From: Dipteris shenzhenensis | Taxonomy: Eukaryota | Length of the DNA stretch: 64,000 bases | NCBI GenBank assembly: GCA_047967505.1 | Contig: CM106538.1 | Direction: 5' to 3' (one strand) | Shown: in pieces, positions 38,031-50,044 of the stretch | How the letters are laid out: each line of letters starts with the position of its first letter | Numbering within the stretch: position 1 is the first letter of the stretch | Notes under the pieces: model-generated | Told to the model about the DNA's origin: nothing | The model's database searches: none | What the model saw: the letters and a program-made list of their open reading frames with translations, nothing else | Translations under genes and position numbers: made by a program

Positions 38031-38389
38031 GTACTACTGCCTTCTTGAATTAATCAAAATTCGAGCCAACCACCGCAGTGGCTCTCACCTTGACAGTGTA
38101 GTTGGGCTACTAACTTAAGCCTCCGCTATTCCATTCCCTTAATTGTTTTGTCTTCTATCCCTCTCGACCGTTTCTTTCTCCCTTGTACTCGGATTGCAAA
38201 CTCAAGCCTCCCCTATTCCATTTCATTCACTATTTCATCTTCTATCCCTCTCGACAATTTATATCTCCCTTGCACTCTTCTTGCAGCTTCTATCCCCTCT
38301 CATAATGGACCTTGCACAGTCTCGGAGCTCCTCACATAATCTTTCCTCCCTCCTGTAGTATAGTGCGAGAGCCTCTCCTTCCCTGATCT

Positions 38390-38830
38390 TGAAATTGTGA
38401 CATATGGGAGCTCCTCTCTCGCTCTTCAAAAGCCCAATTCGGATGCCCTCAAAAAGTTCACTAGGTTGGTACAAAAGGTGAACGTGAAGCAGGGGCAACT
38501 AGTTTGTCAAGGTCAGAATATTACCATCACTAAAAGCATGATTGAAATTGTGCTAGGCATTCCTGGAGGCAATTTGCAAGCACAGTTCATCGAGAAGCAG
38601 TGGAAGAGACAAGATATTCTAGATGTATACCCCAACTCTTAGATTGGTAAAGATGGTGGAGTCAAGCTTTCTAGCTTGCCAATAGACCTTCAAGATGTGT
38701 TGAAGAAGACCATTCACTTCTTTCTCGATACGAGAGGAATCGTGAAGTTCTGGCAAGTTCAAGCAGCAATAGAGCAATTGAAAGGATCAATGGCGATCTC
38801 TAAGAGCGTGATAACCAACCTGAATAATTG
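38390..38830 (+). pseudogene. Degenerate TE-associated ORF, family unresolved
   Basis: Two same-frame ORFs separated by one stop. The ITITKSMIEIVLGIPGG motif resembles the I.I....I..VLG.P motif of plant TE accessory proteins. Confidence 0.35.
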
Positions 38831-39960
38831 CGTGGATGGAAACATTGCCCTTTTTCAAAAAATCCATTCTCTCCTTTTCTCAAGATTCAATTATTTCCTC
38901 TGCCTTTGCTCTTTGCTTTAGCATTGAGTGCCTTATTAGTGTTAGTGCCACTGTACATCTTTATATATTGCTCTTGCTTAAAAATCATGGTGTCAACCTC
39001 CTCATGTAATGGAGTGGCTCTCTAACCTGTTGTCAATGCCATGACGAAGCCCTATTAGTGTAGAGGTAGCTTACTGAATCCAAGCCTTGCTCACCTTCTG
39101 AGGCTATCTGATCCACCATGGGCATTGCTTGCTAGATGGATTAAGGGAATCACATTGTCCTTTGTGGTTTCTATGAGCATCACACGTGTTTGCGTCTTCT
39201 TGTTCCCTAAAGATGAAGCTACCCATGTCCTCAAATTAGATTTCTCTCCAAACCATCAAAGCCGTTGGCCTCTTTCCCATTACCATCTCTAGTAGTATGA
39301 TTCCAAAACTGCATATGTCTTCTTTATTTCTCACCTTCTGTGAGTATTGGCATTCTGCCATCAAGTTCAGGCAATGACATTCCTATCTTGATCAAATTAA
39401 GAAAAGAAGACAATTTCCTTGTGAGGAATGCAGATCACTCTGGTTGTAGTCTGAGCAGTGTGCGCTCTTTTGTGGTTTGCATTGGGTTACAGTGGAAGCT
39501 TTACAAGCCATTTGGATGATTGCGATCCTTGTTGGATGCGTTGATAGGCCCAGATTGCCTTGTGGGATGCTTTATTGATGGACGCTTAGCACCATATGCT
39601 ATTTTATGCTGAGGGACAACTTTGACATTTTGTAGTGGATGCACAGGTTGTGCTATGATCTTTTGGATGAGACATTATTGATGCTTATTCCCATGGATAG
39701 TGTTTATGCTTGAGGCATCTGGCTCTTATTGGCATTATATCTGCCATTGTTTTGTCATTATGGGTTGACATTTTCTTTTGGGCCAGATTTGCTCATATGG
39801 ATGCATAGTATATGCACATGATTCAGATGCATTTTGATGCTTTGAGCCTTGAGTTTTGGTGACACTACATATTGGGTGCACCTAGTATTTGGTGTGATTT
39901 CTCTTTTACAAGTACTAGCATTTGGGATTTTGTTTCATTTGCATCATGGCATCCTCTTCC

Positions 39961-40740
39961 ATGTCTGAAAAGGAGATTTTCAGCATTAAAAAGTTTGATG
40001 GGACAAACTTTTCTTTGTGGAAAGAATAGATAAGGGATGTGCTTATTCAAAAGAAGCAGATTAAACCCTTTGCAGGGATTGAAGCTAAGTCTACAGATAT
40101 GTCTGAGCATGATTGGAATGAGTTGGATGCATTAGCAAAGTCTACTATTAGACTTCATCTTGCAGAGTCAAATTATTTCACAGTAGTAAATGAGCAGACT
40201 ACGAAAGATTTATGGAAGAAGTTGTGTGCCACTTATGAGAAGGAAACTGCCTCTAATAAAGTTTACCTCATGAAGAGGTTGTTTGAGCTGCAAATGAAGG
40301 AAGGGGTCTCCATTGCTTCTCACTTGAATGAATTCAATATTATTTTCAGCCAGCTTCAGGCTCAGAAGATGAATTTTGATGCGGAGACTAAGGCAATATT
40401 TCTCTTATGTTCATTGCCATCCTCATGGGATACCTTCTGTACAGTTGTCACAGTAACTCTGCACCTAGTGGAGTACTGAAGTTTGATGATATTGTGGGTA
40501 GCTTGTTGGCCGAGGAGAGTAGACGGAAGTCTATGGATGGCAACAAGCATGATGCAGCCTTAAATGTGCAAAGGGGTAGGATCACAGTTCAAGGGGAAGT
40601 CCCAAGAAAGAGGGAAGTCTCATAGCAAATCCAGGGCATGAAACACTGAGTGTTACCACTGTGGCAAGAAGGGCCATATGAAAAAGGATTGCTACAAGCT
40701 GAAAAGAGAGCAAAAGGATAAGAAAAAGAATGCAAATTGG
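39961..40740 (+). pseudogene. Ty1/copia gag (Retrotran_gag_2/UBN2 plus zinc knuckle), truncated
   Basis: KFDGTNFSLWK, AKSTIRLHLA, LW.KL...YE, LLCSLPSSW and CYHCGKKGHMKKDC (about 40650). Confidence 0.92.
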
Positions 40741-40749
40741 GGTGCATGC

Positions 40750-42200
40750 CTTCATCACTTTCACCGTGAGCACCACATACTGTATGCTTGAACTTGAGCC
40801 AAGTTGTCCATTTGACTACACATTATGTTGCTTCTAAGAATGCAAAGAAAACACATTTGCATGTTGGGTTGGCCTTGTATGGTTTACCTGTGCCTTTGGA
40901 CAAGAGGCTCCAACTCCTCAAGCATTGCCACATCAACTCATTATCTGTAAGGGAGACGCTCGGGAGGGCACTTGAGAATTTTTTTTGTGACTACCATTTG
41001 TAGGTGTGTGGGACCTACTACATTAAAGTCCTTCACCATCTCTTTGACTGTGCACCTAAGGTATTTTATGTGGGCTTTACAAGTACCTCTTTGCACCTTG
41101 TGATTGTGCGTGCCCACATAGAAAAAGAGTCTCGTCATTTTGGGCCCTGCCATCACGTAGTATGCCACACATTTGCATTTCTTCAGAAGAATGGGGGACC
41201 TTTTGCAAAAGAAATAGGCCAAGGTTCCTAATCCTGTAGCAGACATTCCAGTAGTCAAAATTTACTGCTAAATTTTTACTACACCAGACGAGAGAAGATT
41301 ATAATGTGCAATCAAAGAGACATAGTCAACGTTCTTTAACTCAATTTCTCGGCAATGGGTGTGCTATGGATTGACCTATCCATACAGTGTACAACAATCT
41401 ATTAATTGATCTACTGGAGAAAAGGGGGTTTGTACACTCTAGTTCCCCCACACACCTATTATGCGATGAACTTTTCTAGGAAATGTCATTGTTTTTTACA
41501 TTGGTTTCGTCTAGCAATGGCCATCATACTTTTTCTCCTTGCCATCCATTGCACTCGCTCCATGCGACATGGGCGGTAGCTCAGACACAACGTTCCTATT
41601 GTACATTGTTAGAACTTCCATCAACTTTTCCACTATGGTTGAATTGTGCAACAGTTGATGAAGTAGTTGATGATGTCCCTCAGAAGACTTGATGTACAAC
41701 GACATGCTAATGACTACTTGAGGACCCTCCATTGTGGCTATTATATCATTGTCATCATTGATCAGTACTGTGCCATGGCCTCCTAATGCTTGTTTAACAT
41801 GGCTTGAACTCAACCTCGAGCTCAAGCTTCCTGGCTAGTTGTGAAATCTATTATGGGTGTAACTTGTGCAATCGTTGCCCTCCCTCGTGCTCAGAATGAT
41901 GGGTTCAACTTGCATGGTCTCTGCCTCAAATTGGCTAGGCTTCGGGTGAAATCTATTGTGGGTGGGTCATGGGCATGTGCTCTCTTTGCTCTCTCTAACA
42001 CATAGTCATGTGACAGGCATGTACAATTGCCCCAATCCACTCGCTTGAATGGCTTCCACTTGCATAGTCTGCAAGCGGCCATTTGCATGTGTGATGGCCA
42101 TCACACGAATGCCTTTGCCTATCATGGGGTCATCCTCACTTAGCACAACAGTTTTGCCATTTGCATATCGTATCATTGGCTCCAAGACAAGAGGGATTTC
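40750..42200 (-). pseudogene. Degenerate ORF with a C.C...H.H zinc-finger-like motif (GCM/WRKY-like; probable DNA-transposon protein)
   Basis: Fragments YNRNVVSELPP...AMDG.EKKYDGHC and KCKCVAYYV......RLFFYVGTHNH; many stops and frameshifts. Confidence 0.45.
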
Positions 42201-42232
42201 AAATAGATCCGCACTACATCGAGGTTGCTAGA

Positions 42233-42267
42233 TCTTGCACCAGTTGGGCCGGCATTTCAAGAGGGAT

Positions 42268-42316
<49 letters not shown>

Positions 42317-42348
42317 TTGCACCAGTTGGGCTGGCCATTTCAAGAGGG

Positions 42349-42400
<52 letters not shown>
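42233..42400. repeat. Duplicated unit with (GA)n microsatellites
   Basis: CTTGCACCAGTTGGGC.GGC..TTTCAAGAGGGATC followed by about 22 GA repeats, present twice. Confidence 0.9.
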
Positions 42401-42402
<2 letters not shown>

Positions 42403-42999
42403 TAAGATAAGGGGGAGAGAAAGAGGGGGGAGAGTATGGAGGGGGAGTTGAGAGAGAACGAGAGCTTGAGAGAGATGGGGGGTGAGGGCTAGGGGGTCTT
42501 TATATAGTCGGTTTATGACAAATAGCATTTAATGAGTATTTAATGCAAGAATATGTGTAAGGGTGAAGATGCCATTTTTTGTAATTTGTTTGTTGTCAAA
42601 TATTTAAAAATACAGCTATACCCCCCACCTCCACCCCAAAAAACAAAAAAAGCTTTTAAAAACCCCCAAATAATGAGCATCTTGGCTCTTGGCATAGCAA
42701 TTGTAATTATGCAACAATTAGAAAGTGTGAGTGATTCATGTGAAAGGCAAGCAAGCCCTTAGAAAAACATGAAAACTAGTAAAAATTATATAGGATTCCT
42801 GTGGGCACCAACTTTGCCCTTTTTTTTCATTAAAAAAAATTGGCAAAAAAATCTCCCAAAAAAGGGCGAAGTTGGCACCCAAAGGATAGTGCGGCACCTT
42901 TTCTGGGCACCAACTTCACCCTTTCTAGGGGACTTTTCAAAAGAAATATTAACCCCCCCCGATAGGTCACTTTGTGAGTGAGTATTCAAGGTAACCCCC

Positions 43000-43041
<42 letters not shown>

Positions 43042-43149
43042 CAAAAAGGCCTCTATCATTCTCCCCCTATCTTTCCCTTTTTTGTCTTGTAATGAGGGTT
43101 TTTGTGCCATGAATGCAAGTCTTGCAAACCCTAACTTTGTACCGTATCC

Positions 43150-45810
43150 TCAATCCACATCCTAGTAATAATGGCATCACCTGTATTCAATCGAGATCAC
43201 ATCATCATCTTGTATGATGACAAAAACAATCCCGTGGCTCACGCACACATTTGTCAGGCGCTTGAGTTAGAAAGCATTTGATTCGACGATGTTGGTGTCA
43301 TCATTTCGAACATGTATGAGAAGGCCCCACTGAAAGAAATCAAGAAGGATGGGGCTGAATTGGACATTACTCGTGTGGCCTTGAATAAGGGGTGATCTCT
43401 TCTATCATGTTCTTCTTCCTTTACATCAGCTTAGAGTAGGCTTTGTTGGAATTTCATGAATCCATTTTACCATTTTTTGTAAATAGAGCCTTGAGGTTAT
43501 AGCCCAGCCTGCCAATGATGAGGACATGCCTCTGATGGGGGGTACAACTTCTGCGAGAGGAAGACTGCATGTCCTAGGGGTGCTACTTTGATGCAATGGG
43601 GAGGTAGATGAACAAGAACAATTTGGTTTGATCCCTCAGACGTGCAGGCTCTTATTAGGGCATCATCAATTGGAGGCTTGTCCTCGAAACTCCATGGACT
43701 CTTGGCGACATCTGCTCGCCGGTGCTTCTATGCGAGATTCCAAGGGACAAAGGAAAGAGAGTTCAATCGAAGAAGAGGAGGAGGAGGAAAATGAGGATAG
43801 TTCCTCCGGCAAGTGTAGCAAAAGTGTGAGCACACCCTCTTCTTGAGGGCGACATGAAAAAGGTAGAGGTCGATGTGCACCAAAGCGATCGGCTAGAGAG
43901 AAGTCCAAGGATGATGACAAGGAGGGTGTGCTTGGGGAGGCAGCACTGAACATCTCCTGCAGCAAGACAATCATGCAGGAGTGCATCGAGGACCAGCTAC
44001 AATCATTCATTGTGAGTAGTTTGTTCTTTTTAAGGTCTATAATCTCAAGGCATGGAGTGAGAATGAATGTTTGGGCTAAATTTAAAAAAATCCTTTATAG
44101 GTGGAAAAAAATATCCCTCTGCCCCCGATCCCCTTGTGTCAATTACTCCCAATGCCCACTATCTGCCAGATCACATCGCACACCCAAGAGATGCAAGAAA
44201 CATTCTTCTTAAGTGGGTACTTATCAGGTTTGGGTTTCTTCATCATGTCCATCGCCACACCAAAGATGCAAAAGAGAGATGTGGACAAGGATGTGAAAAG
44301 GGAGTGGAATGCGCACTGGCTCCAGAAGCACAAATAATTCAAGGAAGAAATTAGGAACATAAAGTGGGTGTTCTCTTGGCCAAAATTCCTTATTTCACAT
44401 TTGGGATGGGAACCATCGCCACACAGGGTGGATGATCGAGATAAGGACATGTAAGTATTGTAGTCCATTGATTTGGGTGATTCAATATTAGTAGCCACGT
44501 TTCATTTGTTTTCAACTCATGAATTCTTTTTTTTCTTTTGAGTGGCATCCTTTCCTAATGACAAGTGCCAGCATATATGCATCCAATGTTGTTTAATGGA
44601 GGTGCCCTCAGAAGGTAAAGGAGAGTTGTTATTTACATTATCAAGGATTAGCAGGTGAGTTCGATGATTCCATATGAACACATTGTGTCTTTAGCTGCCT
44701 CACCCTCATTGAAGGATTGCTTAATATCTTGCTTTTGATGCCACGTTAGCGTAGAAGGGGGTTGTCACCACTTTTTTGGACCTCATTTACAAGGCAAGAG
44801 TGTTGGGTACTACATCGGATGTGGCAATCCACCAAAGATTGTCAACCAAGTAGAAAGAGTGGTTGGATGCCCATAGGAAGAAGGCAGCTAAGAAAGAGCA
44901 TTCGTACCAAAACTCTCTTCTAATCATTGCACTGGTGATGTGGAAGGTAAGGATCAATAACAGGACACTTTTCCCTTTCCTTGTCTTGTTTTTGTAATAT
45001 GTTTGATGACAAGGCAACAAATGCATGTGCAGAACACATATGACAAACACTTTCTCCCATTCATACATAGCCACAGCGAGTTGTCGGATGTTGAGTTTCG
45101 AAAGAAATGGAGCGAAGCATACTATAGTGTGAACGACAAGATCTTGAAGCATATGCATCGACTCCTAAAGTTGTCAAACCCTACACTAGGGGCAAGATGG
45201 TACAAATAAGTGAATTATGGGGATTAAATGTGGAAAGACAATGATTGTGTACGAAGTGATTGTTTATTGAAACCACTTTTGGTTTGTAGGATTGTCACCA
45301 CGCTGGACTGGGGGATGAAGCCCTCGAGGACAATCAACGAGGAGAGGTTGTATAGCCTCACAATGTCAAGGTTGATTGAGGATGATAAAGTAAGTTATGT
45401 GGAAGCTTTGGCAAGTGCAACAAGGGGATGTGTGTCATGATGGGCATTCTTGAGCATATGCTTTAGCACACCCTAAACCCACGATGAATAGGCTGCTTTG
45501 CCTTTGAATCATGTTGTCATTGCTCAATTGATGAACACTTGTTTTGGGTGCTTTTTTGTAGATGGAAGTGTTGTTTTCAGGACCTAGCTGAGGCTGGAGG
45601 CACTATGGTCCAAAATTCATGAAGCTAGACTCCACATTTTATGGTGCTAGAGAAATTTCTACTCAATTGAGTGCGATGAGAATAAGTTCTTTAGACACAT
45701 ATAGGAAACTAAACACAGGGAGCACCTCTTCATGCATGTCCACAAAAATTTCAAGCCCAGTACTGCCTTGATGTCCCAAGAAGGGGCAAAACTTGCAAGC
45801 TGGAGGTAGG
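43150..45810 (+). pseudogene. Decayed intron-containing gene with a ParB/Sulfiredoxin-like domain
   Basis: LFHIWDGNHRHTGW (WDGNHR at 44402-44419), preceded by ...GY..G.GFF.MS...WNAHW...F.E; candidate donors GTGAGT 44012, GTAAGT 44451, GTAAGG 44947, GTAAGT 45390; stops and frameshifts. Boundaries approximate. Confidence 0.55.
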
Positions 45811-48187
45811 TGTATCGGTATGCTTTGATGGCACATGTTTTTTTATGAGATGTATTTGTTTTCATTGGCTATTCTCCCTTAAAGGAACATTGGTTTTAAG
45901 TGGGAGGTTGTGGGGGTTAAAGGTCACTGTGCCTTTTAACCTCAACTATGTAGAATTCTGGTGAATTCTCAAATACCTAAATATATGGATGACATAGAAG
46001 ATTAGGGTGTTTTGCACCCACCAAAACTTGTGTGGATCTCTTGTGGCTCTCCCTCACTCTCACCCTCTTCTGTTCCACTTCTGTTGAGAGCACTCTCATC
46101 CACCTCAAACTGCTTGCCCTTGAAAATAATGGCTACCTCATTGTGGGTTTATCTAAGTGGAGATTCCATCAATCTTTTGTTTTTGAGTTTCTATCTATTG
46201 TAGTTCCTTCTCACAATTCATAGGATTCTTCTTGTAAGGAATAGAGGAGCCTTAATGTCTCCTTCTAGGATTGTATGATCCTTGTCCATGGCCATGACGA
46301 TCCATGGAGCTGTTTAATTTTGTTACATAGGGAGAGTCCTTTTGGACTCATAGAGGAAATGAAAGTTGTGGGTGAGGAAGCCAAGACCCTAGACGTCATG
46401 GACAAGATGAGCATAATCCAGTAGAGATGGGAAGAAAAGTCCAAGCCATTATGAAAGCATGAGGTTGAGACTTCAACTTGATGTAGCACATCGAGTTGAA
46501 GGATCACTTTACTCAAAAGTTTATTCACATCAAGAACAAGGCCTTTGAAAACATTTCAAAAACAAGCTCAATGTACTTAAAAATATATTTGTGCCAAGAG
46601 AACTTGAAGATCAAGGTCTTTAAAAAATTTCAAGAACAAGATTGGAATGCTTAAAAAGTACCAATGTTTGCAATAACTTTTCAACAAGACCAAGCATCCA
46701 AATGCCTAATTGGAACTCAATGTTTGACTTTGAATCAAATGCTCAAAGTAGATAGTGGACATATATCATCAACTTGAACCTCAAACTCAATGCCCTACAT
46801 TGAATTCAAGGTTCAATTTGGTATATACACATTGAAATTGAACCTTGAACTTAAGGGTCAATGCAAGCTTGGGTATAGCCAATTTTTGTGAGGTTTGGGT
46901 CATTTATCGTATATAGGTAACTTGCTCAACCCAAAACTTGTGCATTTTCCAAAAAAATGGTTTCTGATAAATTGTACACATTCAAAACTTGAATATGAGA
47001 CAAATTAATATGAAATTAGCATTTAATGAGATCATTAAGTCATTACAGGTGCTACATCATAGATGAAACATGTATCCTAAACAGTATAGGACACATTAAT
47101 TTATTCAAAAACTTGTTCTTCATATACATAGACCATGTAATTATTCATCAAAAGCAAAATATTTGAGCCTCCCCTACACCAAGAGAGCACCTAATTGAGG
47201 ATATTTGTGTATGGTATAAGGGGCCTCTAGTGTCGTGTTGAAATTATGCACACCCATTCGAGGGCACACTCCACAAATTTGCACACTCCATAAATTTTTC
47301 TTGATTTGTTGAAAAGTAAAAAGGATCAAAGAAATGGAATCCAAACTTATGGGACTAGTGCATGCTGATCTTAAACATTCAAATTTGACCATATTTGTGT
47401 CTTGATTCACCCTAGAATGGATCAATTAGAAACTAATCAACTCATGCATGTCCAAAGACCTTTAAATAAAACCAACTCAATTTACAAAGTTTCCATGTGC
47501 TTTCTTGATGTAAGGCCCATAAGCATGTCAAAGGTCATTGCATTTAATAATCCATAACATCAAACAAGCTAGCATGCCCTTTGGCCTATTCTTTTTTAAA
47601 AATTTTAGGCACATTGCACTTACTTTGAGAGGAAAATAATATATCCAATTTACTTACATGTACCAACAAAAGGGGAAACCATTGTGCCTAAAACTTCACA
47701 TCTCCTACATGGGATTTTGAACCATCATGCCTCTCGCTCTGGCAAATATTGAATATGTTACATGTAAAGTTGCATCTCACTTCAATCTACTACAAGGTAG
47801 TGTACCTCCTTCTAGCAAACACATTTGTTTGGCATTATCTCCTTGATTTATTCAAATAAGTGAGACACATCGTCTTACTTTTTTTCTCACTTTACAAGCT
47901 ATTTGGTCTCTACTCTAGTGGTTCATTGCTCATTGTGGCAAGATGCATCTCGTCATGGCTTGCAAGTGGACCAAGGACAGGCTACAAGATAGGACAAATG
48001 AAAAGCTTGGTTAGGGAACAAGGAGCAAATTGTGAGGCAAGGAAAGAAATGGCACAATATTGATGGAGCAGGTACAGTTTTGGAGTTCTATTTAAAACCT
48101 AATGAACACACTTGCAAGTTTGACTCCAAAGAGAGTGAGTGTAGCAACAAAACAATGAAAAAGGAACAATACATGGTGGAATTGAAC

Positions 48188-49020
48188 TCCCCTCCACCCC
48201 CCCATCCCCCCTTCCCCCCTGCCCCCCTTCCCCCTCCCCCCCGCCCCCTGCTGGTGGCTGCGGCCGCCAGCCCCCCCCTTCCCCCCCGCCCCCTTCCCCT
48301 GCTGGCGGCCAGCCCCCCCCTTCCCCCCTTCCCCCCTTCCCCCCCTCCATGGCTAGCCCCCCCTCCCCCCTTCCCCCTGCTGGCGGCCGAGGCTGCAAGC
48401 CCCCCCCCCTACCCCCCCTCTTGCTAGCCAGCCCCCCCCCTTCCCCCCTGTCCCCCTTCCCCCCCTCCATGGCCAGCCCCCCCTCCCCCCTTCCCCCTGC
48501 TGGTGGCCGCGGCCGCCAGCTCCCCCCCCTTCCCCCCCTCCCACCAGCCCCCCCCTTCCCCCCCGCCCCCCTTCCCCCCCTCCACGGCCACAGCCCCCCC
48601 TCCCCCCTTCCCCCTGCTAGCGGCCGTGACCGCCAGCCCCCCCCTTCCCCCCCTCCCGCCAGCCCCCCCCCTTCCCCCCCTCCAGGGGGTCTGGCGGCTG
48701 TGGCCGCCAGCCCTCGCCCCCCCTTCCCCCCCGCTCCCCTTCCCCCTGCTGGTGGCCGCGGCTGCCAGCCCCCCCCTTCCTCCCCTCCCCCCTCTCCCCC
48801 CTCGCCAGCCCCCCCCCCCCCTTTCCTCCCCTGCCCCCCTTTCCCCCCTCCAGGGGGGGTGGTGACTGCGGCCCCCCCTTCCCCTTCCCCTTCCCCCCCT
48901 CCAGGGGAGGCTGCCCCAGCCCCCCCCTTCCCCCCTCCTTTCCCCCCTCGACCCCGCCCCCGCCTCTCCCTCCCCTCCTCCCTTCCCTCCCGCCCCTCCA
49001 TCCTCTCGTTCTCCTCCTTT
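48188..49020. repeat. Extremely C-rich minisatellite with GC palindromic cores
   Basis: Variants of CTGGCGGCCGCGGCCGCCAG recur between oligo-C/CCCCTT tracts. Confidence 0.9.
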
Positions 49021-50044
49021 CCTGGCAGGAACCTTTCTCTCTCTAGTTCCTCTCTCTTCAAATTAAAAAAAAAAAAATCTAGATAAAGAATTAATCAAAA
49101 TTTTTAAAAAAAATCTAGATAAAGAATTAAGTTTGCTCTTTCTTGCTTTCTTGCTCTTCCTTGCTTTCTTGATCGTCCTTGCTTTCTTGCTTCAATGAAT
49201 GAAATGAGGGGAGAATGAATGAAGAAGGAAGACTATATATAAGAAAAAAGGTTTTCCTCCTCCTCTCCTATTGGCTTTCCATTCCTCCCCTCTCTCCTAT
49301 TGGCTTTTCATTTATGCCCTCTCCCATTGGCTCCCATTACTCCCCCTCTCCCATTGGACCCCCATCCCTCATCCCAATCTTCCATTAGCCCTCCCCCCAT
49401 CCATTTCTTCTTCCTCCCCCATTGCCACCACTCCCATCCCACATTTCCACCACGTCCCATACTCCTCCCATTTCCCAAAATCCCATATTTCCCCATCTCA
49501 CCCTCCTCTTTTTCATTCCCTATTAACTCCCCTCACTCATTTCACTCCCTTATTATCCTACTCCCCTATTGCCTTCCCCTCTCCCATTCCATTCTTCCCT
49601 CCCCACTCTCACTTCCACTTCCCATTACTCACTTGCCATTTGAAAACTATTAATATATTATCATACTATTTTTTATACTTATTATCATACACCCCTATTA
49701 CTTCCCTCTCCCATTCCACTCCTCCCTCCTCACTCCCACTTCCACTTCCCATTACTCACTTGCTATACACATTTGCAAACTATTAATATATTATTATATG
49801 ATTTTTTATACTATTTGCAAACTTACATGTGGGCAAAATCACAGGTGTCAAAGCGATCCTATTGTGGTCATACAACAACTGTGCTTTTATTCAAGGGCGT
49901 ATTTATCCTCATCAACAAGCTTATTTTTTCAAGGTATGAAGTGCATAATTTGTGCACTAGGTGTTTACTTTGTTGTATCAAAATTGTTTGCCACACACAC
50001 ACACATATACACATAACGAGAATTTTCTAATATTATCGCATCTA

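Noticed and set aside
48032-49086. Extensin-like Pro-rich and Gly-rich ORFs
   Set aside because: Open in several frames on both strands because poly-C/G lacks stops; no signal peptide or regular SPPPP/Tyr motifs.
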